Source of the DNA: a bacterium
Lineage (GTDB): Bacteria; Chloroflexota; Dormibacteria; Aeolococcales; Aeolococcaceae
Direction: 5' to 3'
Assembly: GCA_021803465.1 (NCBI GenBank)
Contig: JAJZLL010000049.1
Coordinates: 33,675-97,674, forward strand
Length of the DNA: 64,000 nt
Position numbers and translations under genes: made by a program. This document shows, piece after piece, positions 57,985 through 64,000 of the stretch; within the stretch, counting starts at the first letter, position 1, and each line of letters opens with the position of its first letter. The notes beneath the pieces were generated by a model, which saw nothing but the letters and a program-made list of their open reading frames with translations, was not told the origin of the DNA and made no database searches.

Positions 57985-59024
57985 TGCGGCCCGTCTACCC
58001 TGAGGAGCGGAACACCTGGGATGACCTCGTCTCCAGGAATGGCGATGGGGGCAACATGCTCCAGGGAGCATGCTGGGCTGCCTTCAAGGAGAAATGGGGC
58101 TGGAAAGCGGAACGCTTCATTGATGATCCGACTGCAACTGCTGTACTCGTGCTCACCCGCAACATTCCCATCATGGGAAGGATTGCCTACATTCCAAAGG
58201 GTCCAGGTTGCGCACTGCCAGGTGAGCTGGGAAGGATGGTGCGGGAACTCATGCCGCTTCTTCCCCACTGCGTTGCTGTCCAGGTGGAGCCGGAGTGGGA
58301 TGCGACAGATGTGATGCGCAAAGCGCTTGAGCGGGAAGGCTTCATCAAGAGCGCAGTTGACGTTCAGCTCACCCATGCGACGATGGTTGTTGAGCTGTCC
58401 GGATCCATGGAGGACATTCGTGCCCGGTATCGGCCCAAGGGCCGGTACAACCTTGGTGTCGCGAAGCGCCACGGAGTGCATGTTGCAGTGACAGCCACTC
58501 CAACGCAGCAGGAACTGGATGCCCTTGATGAGCTTGTGGACATCACCAATGACCGTGCGCAGTACACAGTCCGGCGGGCAGGGTATCTTCAGTCCTCCTG
58601 GCAGGAGTTTCTCGCTGCCAGTAAGGGTTTCCTTGCGCTTGCGTACTTCAACGATGAGCCAGTTGCTGGCGCATTTGTCACCATCCTTGGGAACAAGGCG
58701 TGGTACAAGGATGGGGGTTCAAGCAGAAACCATCGGGAGGTGATGGCACCGTATCTACTCCACGACACCATCATTGAGCAGCTGCTGACAATGGGCATCA
58801 CGTCATATGACCTTGGGTCAGTTCCCCCTCCCGATGAGGTTAATGAGCACCACGCGCTGTACGGGCTCTACCGGTTCAAGAAGGCGTTTGGCGCCCGGCA
58901 TGACACCTATGTCGGCACCTGGGATTTTCCTGTGAAGCGGCAGCGATACCTTCTCTGGAGGCAGTTCATCCAGAAACTCGTGTCCCGCCTGTACGTCTCG
59001 ATACGGCACATGTCCTGGTACTAG
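57984..59024 (+). CDS. Second FemABX/FemX-like peptidyltransferase
   Basis: LQ...WA.FK...GW, YIPKGP, YKDGGS, YDLG and GLYRFKKAFG; TGATG overlap with the first copy. Confidence 0.87.
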   Translation: MRPVYPEERNTWDDLVSRNGDGGNMLQGACWAAFKEKWGWKAERFIDDPTATAVLVLTRNIPIMGRIAYIPKGPGCALPGELGRMVRELMPLLPHCVAVQVEPEWDATDVMRKALEREGFIKSAVDVQLTHATMVVELSGSMEDIRARYRPKGRYNLGVAKRHGVHVAVTATPTQQELDALDELVDITNDRAQYTVRRAGYLQSSWQEFLAASKGFLALAYFNDEPVAGAFVTILGNKAWYKDGGSSRNHREVMAPYLLHDTIIEQLLTMGITSYDLGSVPPPDEVNEHHALYGLYRFKKAFGARHDTYVGTWDFPVKRQRYLLWRQFIQKLVSRLYVSIRHMSWY

Positions 59025-59164
59025 CAGTGTCATGGGAAACCTGCTGATCCCAACAGGGATATCGAGTCACAAGGGATTGTCGATGGGAGTGTGCGATGCC
59101 AAGTCAGAATCGTGATGGGAGGAATGCAGTGCATAAGCATTCTCCTGACAGCCAGGAGGAGCAG

Positions 59165-59608
59165 GTGATCCGGACAATCCTTCTCTCGCTCTCCGTCGCA
59201 TGGGGAGCGCTCGCAGTGCTCGGTTTTCTCCTCGATGGACTGTGGGTGCTTCTTGGCAGGATACGCATTGTCGAGTCGGGATATGCGGCACTCTGCATCA
59301 GCGGGCTTGCAGTACTGGGAGCAACATGTGGCCGTGCTGCGGAACAGCCAAACCGGACACACTCTCACTGGATCAGGTGGCTGTCCGAGCCCCTGTTCGG
59401 CCTCATTGCCATGATGGTGTATGCCGTGAGTGTCACAGCACTCGCATTTGTCTTCTCCATGCTGGGGCTGACCCGGGCTTGGGTGGATCTGCAGCCACTT
59501 CTTCTGCTCATCTTTCCGGTGTACCTTGTCATGTCGATCATGGGCCGGTGGGCACGGAATCACCTCGCTGCGTGGAGAAGCGGAACTGAATGGGTCCAAA
59601 AGGAGTGA
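59165..59608 (+). CDS. Hypothetical membrane protein (about 4 TM)
   Basis: AGGAGG RBS before a GTG start; four hydrophobic stretches. Confidence 0.65.
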   Translation: MIRTILLSLSVAWGALAVLGFLLDGLWVLLGRIRIVESGYAALCISGLAVLGATCGRAAEQPNRTHSHWIRWLSEPLFGLIAMMVYAVSVTALAFVFSMLGLTRAWVDLQPLLLLIFPVYLVMSIMGRWARNHLAAWRSGTEWVQKE

Positions 59609-60870
59609 ATGTGGGTAATCGCGCATGGATTTCAATCACAGCGTTCTTGCTCTGTGGTGCCCTTGCTTCATGTGGCTCCACTGCCGAGACTGCACGTGGA
59701 GGCCCCGCAACGACTGTCAGCATTGCAGGCACATGGCAGGTTCACAGAGTGGGAGAACCCTTCTCGCAATCCGTTGCGGGCATCAGCTGCGTGAATCAGA
59801 ACCTCTGCTACGCAATCACAAGTTCAACGGCCAACCTTTCGATGAGAACTCCTGGGCTCGCAACAATCACTGCGTCTGGAATGCGCACCACGCCATTGAC
59901 TCATTGGGTCTACGGATCCATCGCATGCACATCGAACGGCGCGTGCTGGCTTCCCTACCTCGATGGGATATATCGGCTGCACCGTTCGAAGCTTGCATCG
60001 GTGCAATACAGCAATTTCACTGGGCCAGTGGGATCGTGCGTCGACCCCTCGAAGTTCTGCCTCAGCATCATAACCTGCCATTCGGACACGGAGTGCCTGG
60101 GCGTCGATTGGTCACAGTTCGCAACAATTGGCAATGCGGTAGCCCCTTCACCCAAGGTTGCGATGTACAACGGTGCCATCTGGAAGGTCGTTTCCCTTCC
60201 CGGGGTGCCAATTGACACATCGAAATGCGTGTATGAGTGCCAGATCAATCCAAGCCAGCCTGTCTGCTTCTCGCAAACGGACTGTTCAATTGAGGGAACG
60301 TACTGGCTGGAAGCTGACCATCTACCAGTGCCATATACCGTAACGTACTCCTGGAATGGTGCAGCGTGGAGCGCCAGCGGGAGCACAGCACATGTGGCTG
60401 TTGCTGGTCGGTACTGCTACGACAGTTCCCTGTGCTGGATCTGGGGGCAAGACAGCGCATCTTCCCACGGACCGTTTCTTGGTGCTGAGGCACTGTATGG
60501 CGGCAAAAGCCATTCCCTTCGCTTCCCTTTTTCGACCAACTCAGCGGTCCCATATGGATGCCTATCCATTGTGGAATGTGGCGTGAGTGCCATTTCGTGC
60601 GTTTCCCAGGCGACATGCTGGATTGCTGGACTCACTCTTGGGAATGAGCCATTTCTCCTGAGATGGAACCAAACAGGCAGCTCAGCACCAAGCGTGCAGA
60701 AGATTGACGTGAACCTGCCCGGAAGGGTGAGCTCAATAGTCTGTCCTTCGAGCACATATTGTGTCGCCATCGGAGGAGAACTGACAGCAAACACGTGTTC
60801 TGGATACGAATGCGCACCCAAACCGGTGGACCATCCGTTCTACGCAGTCTTCAGGAGTGCTGGCTCATGA
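59590..60870 (+). CDS. Secreted Cys-rich repeat lipoprotein
   Basis: LASC lipobox; about 7 divergent C-x5-C repeats. Confidence 0.75.
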   Translation: MGPKGVNVGNRAWISITAFLLCGALASCGSTAETARGGPATTVSIAGTWQVHRVGEPFSQSVAGISCVNQNLCYAITSSTANLSMRTPGLATITASGMRTTPLTHWVYGSIACTSNGACWLPYLDGIYRLHRSKLASVQYSNFTGPVGSCVDPSKFCLSIITCHSDTECLGVDWSQFATIGNAVAPSPKVAMYNGAIWKVVSLPGVPIDTSKCVYECQINPSQPVCFSQTDCSIEGTYWLEADHLPVPYTVTYSWNGAAWSASGSTAHVAVAGRYCYDSSLCWIWGQDSASSHGPFLGAEALYGGKSHSLRFPFSTNSAVPYGCLSIVECGVSAISCVSQATCWIAGLTLGNEPFLLRWNQTGSSAPSVQKIDVNLPGRVSSIVCPSSTYCVAIGGELTANTCSGYECAPKPVDHPFYAVFRSAGS

Positions 60871-61017
60871 AAACCCTGATGGTTCGTCGAGGCTGGGAGT
60901 GAGGAGCAGCACTGACATTTCGCTGTGTGCAAATCCCCAGGCAACAGAAGGCGTGGCAGTGTCACAAAATATCCGCATGCACTAGTTCTTCCGGAATGGA
61001 CTGCTAAAATTCAGAAC

Positions 61018-62058
61018 ATGAATCCACTGCATATGCTCATGCCGTTTCGGCAGTCTTCGAATATCCGAAATCGTGGGATCAGTGGAGCAGTGATGCTTGC
61101 AGTCATATGCATCACGGCAGCATGTGGTCAGGCTCCCCATTCTTCAGTCAGTTCCCCTCAGCCGACATCTCATCCAGTCAAGACAACGAGCACAGAACGG
61201 CCATCACCAACAGTCCCTCCTGCACAGGTCAGTCCCATAGGCTGGAATGAACCGCGCCTCGTTTCAGGGGGAAACTTCAGTTCCATTTCTTGCCCAACAA
61301 CGGCCTTCTGTGTTGCAGTGGACAACTTGCAGACCAATAACATCTACACCTACCATGCGGGAAAGTGGTCGACAGCAACGTCCCGCACAGGTCTGGAATC
61401 AGTCTCCTGCGTGAGCAGCACATTCTGTGTCGCAGTGGGCAACGTCTATGCGCTCGTCTACAACGGCTCGAGCTGGTCAGCACCTGTGACAGACAGCCCA
61501 AGTTTTCTCACCTCGGTCTCCTGCATCAGCAGCACATTCTGCGCAGCATCGGAATACCACGGGAATGTTGAAGTCTACAATGGCAGTTCCTGGAAAGAGT
61601 CATATGTTCCAGGCTCGAGTGGTCTTGCATCAATCTCCTGCACATCGCCAACGTTCTGTGTTGCGGTTGGCGGAGGGAGCGTGGTGATGTTCAACGGAAG
61701 TTCCTGGAGCTCTCCAGTGTCAGTAGATCCAGGAACACAGCTTTCGTCCGTATCCTGCACAAGCAGCCAATTTTGCATGGCGGTTGGAGGGACAAGTGCT
61801 GTGCCCTTCAATGGAAAGAAATGGATGGCACCAGAACCAGTCGGCAATTATGGACTTGCAGCAGTTTCATGCTCAGGAAAGACTTTTTGCATCGCGTCTG
61901 GTGGCAATGGTGATGCATTCACCTACAACGGCTCGGGCTGGTCAGACCCTTCGCAGATGGATTCCACCTACAATGTTGTCTCGCTCTCGTGTCCGGAACT
62001 GTACAGCTGCGCTGCAGCGGACGATGTGGGGCGTATCACATTCTCCTCGGGCTGGTGA
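61018..62058 (+). CDS. Secreted 7-repeat (SVSC-x5-C...YNGSSW) lipoprotein, probable beta-propeller
   Basis: TAAC lipobox, Ser/Pro/Thr linker and seven ~39-aa repeats. Confidence 0.82.
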   Translation: MNPLHMLMPFRQSSNIRNRGISGAVMLAVICITAACGQAPHSSVSSPQPTSHPVKTTSTERPSPTVPPAQVSPIGWNEPRLVSGGNFSSISCPTTAFCVAVDNLQTNNIYTYHAGKWSTATSRTGLESVSCVSSTFCVAVGNVYALVYNGSSWSAPVTDSPSFLTSVSCISSTFCAASEYHGNVEVYNGSSWKESYVPGSSGLASISCTSPTFCVAVGGGSVVMFNGSSWSSPVSVDPGTQLSSVSCTSSQFCMAVGGTSAVPFNGKKWMAPEPVGNYGLAAVSCSGKTFCIASGGNGDAFTYNGSGWSDPSQMDSTYNVVSLSCPELYSCAAADDVGRITFSSGW

Positions 62059-62130
62059 CCACTGGTAGCGGGATCTTCCCAGGGATGCGCCAAGCAGCAG
62101 GGCTGGGACAGGAAGTGGAGCAGCCCCACC

Positions 62131-63426
62131 CTATCGCCAGATGCGGCGCATGATGACCTTCGCAAGCTTGTCCGGATCGTGGTGGGAGGGGGTGTCCTTT
62201 GAGACGACATCCGCAAGCACGTAGTGGATGGGACGCTGCATCGCCTGGTCCTTGTCAAACAGCACCCGGGTGATGCCAGCATCGACAGCGGCCTCAGGAA
62301 GCGGGTACGAGAGGTTGCTGTTCACGATGACATAGTCGAAGAGTCCCTCACCGACATGCTGTTCGATGACATCAAGGTGTTTGCTGACCGAGTATCCAAG
62401 CGTTTCTCCCGGCTGGGAAGCGACATTGCAGATGTAGACCTTGAGTGCTGGAGTGGAGCGGAGGGTCATTGCCATGCCATCGACAAGCAGGTTCGGAAGG
62501 ATCGAGGTGTACAGCGATCCCGGACCAATGAGCACAATGTCCGCATCAAGGAGTGCCTGCTGTGCTTCAGGATTGATGGGCGGGTCTGGCGGATCGAGAA
62601 ACACCCTGTCTATCTCGCCAAGGCCATGGGGAACGCTCGACTCTCCAATGCGGATCTCCCGGCCAGCCTCAGCGCAGAGAAGGATGTCCTGGAGGGTGCT
62701 CGGGACGATCTGGCCACGCACAGCAAGGACCCTTCCTGACTCCCGGAGCGCATGTTCGAAGTCACCAGTGATCTCCGTCATTGCAGTGATGAAGAGGTTG
62801 CCAAACGAATGACCACCGAGATCTCCAGTACCGCTGAACCGGTGCTGGAAGAGCTGGGTCATGAGGGGTTCCGTTTCTGCAAGCGCAGTGAGACACTGGC
62901 GGAAGTCGCCTGGTGGAAGAATGCGGTACTGGGAGCGGATTCTGCCACTCGATCCACCATCGTCTGCGACTGTCACAATGGCAACGATGTTTCCCGTGTA
63001 CTTCTTGATGCCACGGAGCAGGGAGCTCAGGCCCGTGCCACCACCGATCGTGACGACCCGAGGTCCCTTCGAGAGCATCCTGTACGAGTAGAGCCGGTCA
63101 ATGATGCCTGCGGCATCACCACCGCGTGCTTCGATGAGCGGACCGAGGATGGACTGCCCAAGCTTGTAGAAGCTGAGAAGCAGCAGGCCCACGCCTAGCA
63201 CTGCAAAGAGCGATGCGCGAACAAGACGTGGAAGGAACTGGAGCGTGAGGGTCTGCACCCAGACTGGGAAGCGGATCGTGCTGTAGGCATCCCTCAGGGC
63301 ATACTCTGCCCCAAGGCTCAGCATGAGGATGCTGAAGAAAAGCAGGAGAAGCCAGCGCTTGACATGGATCCCTGGAAGGAACCACGCTGCGATGGCATGT
63401 CGACGTCGACCTTGTCGTACACTCAT
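62131..63426 (-). CDS. yvcK: YvcK/GlmR (UPF0052) gluconeogenesis and cell-wall factor with N-terminal TM region
   Basis: IGGGTGLS, VTVADDGGSSG, PPGDFR, GHSFGNL and GPGSLYTSILPNL. Confidence 0.93.
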   Translation of the reverse strand: MSVRQGRRRHAIAAWFLPGIHVKRWLLLLFFSILMLSLGAEYALRDAYSTIRFPVWVQTLTLQFLPRLVRASLFAVLGVGLLLLSFYKLGQSILGPLIEARGGDAAGIIDRLYSYRMLSKGPRVVTIGGGTGLSSLLRGIKKYTGNIVAIVTVADDGGSSGRIRSQYRILPPGDFRQCLTALAETEPLMTQLFQHRFSGTGDLGGHSFGNLFITAMTEITGDFEHALRESGRVLAVRGQIVPSTLQDILLCAEAGREIRIGESSVPHGLGEIDRVFLDPPDPPINPEAQQALLDADIVLIGPGSLYTSILPNLLVDGMAMTLRSTPALKVYICNVASQPGETLGYSVSKHLDVIEQHVGEGLFDYVIVNSNLSYPLPEAAVDAGITRVLFDKDQAMQRPIHYVLADVVSKDTPSHHDPDKLAKVIMRRIWR

Positions 63427-63498
63427 CACGATGGAATGCATTGTCCCACAAATGCAAAATGTCCGTAGTAGCGGCATGCGAAGCAAAGGGGAACTGAA

Positions 63499-64000
63499 GT
63501 GACTGCGCAGGACCAGGGCGAACGAGCTTCCCTCCTCACCGAGGCACGGGAGGTCGCAGCAACAGCGATGGAGATGATTCGCCTTGCAGGTGCGGAACCC
63601 CAGTCATGGGAGCACGTTGCGACAAAGTCGCTTGGCGACTATGTCACGGAGCACGATGTCGCAGTGGAAACGCGCATCCGGGAGGAGTTTGCGAAGCGGA
63701 CCCCGCACATCCCGCTTCTTGGGGAAGAGTCCGGAGGAGGCAGCCATGACCGCATGTGGGTGGTGGATCCCATTGATGGCACGACGAACTTTGCGAGGAG
63801 ATATCCCATTGTCGGTGTGAGCATTGCGCTTGTCGAGGAGATGGTGCCAACAGTTGGTGTTGTGGGAGCTCCGTTTCTTGGGCACATGTGGACCGGCATC
63901 CTGGGTGAAGGAGCCCACGATGATGCTGGTCATGCGCTCAATGTCCGCGGAGAGGGGGAAGGCATCGTTGCAGCACTCGGCTTTCCCTTCCGGAAGCGTG
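63499..64000 (+). CDS. Inositol monophosphatase family protein (3' truncated)
   Basis: Manual translation gives DYVTEHD, LLGEE and WVVDPIDGTTNF. Confidence 0.9.
   Translation, partial: MTAQDQGERASLLTEAREVAATAMEMIRLAGAEPQSWEHVATKSLGDYVTEHDVAVETRIREEFAKRTPHIPLLGEESGGGSHDRMWVVDPIDGTTNFARRYPIVGVSIALVEEMVPTVGVVGAPFLGHMWTGILGEGAHDDAGHALNVRGEGEGIVAALGFPFRKR

Noticed and set aside
1..64000. tRNA, rRNA, IS or prophage structural genes
   Set aside because: No cloverleaf/T-loop signatures, rRNA motifs, transposase, integrase or phage structural genes were recognised by eye.

Overview
High-GC bacterial chromosome segment containing the replication origin region. The gene set looks like a Terrabacteria lineage, possibly Chloroflexota/Dormibacterota-like; this is an impression, not a tested assignment. 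Core content is folD (partial), a D,D-carboxypeptidase, glpX, an MgtE cytosolic-domain gene coupled to an NRAMP-like transporter, a complete SUF Fe-S operon with an Rrf2 regulator, two perfect parS palindromes with parAB, sod, lepB, ndk, the jag-yidC-yidD-rnpA-rpmH cluster, dnaA-oriC-dnaN, an inverted ugtP-like/recF/dciA-like unit, DUF4388-like genes, a Upf1-like helicase, a CDF transporter, ABC and Opp transporters, HU, two FemABX-type transferases, Cys-repeat lipoproteins, yvcK and an inositol monophosphatase (partial). The most striking item is a ~5 kb block between rpmH and dnaA. It encodes an internally duplicated two-domain MoxR-like AAA+ ATPase, with both Walker B motifs reading NE instead of DE, and an HExxH / disordered linker / VWA(MIDAS) partner. 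Other oddities are an orphan ArdC-like gene, a probable pseudokinase, an Imm5-like gene after dnaN, a glutaredoxin-PDZ fusion next to the helicase, and many apparently leaderless genes. I saw no rRNA, tRNA, CRISPR array, integrase or transposase. Family names are from motif recognition, not database searches.
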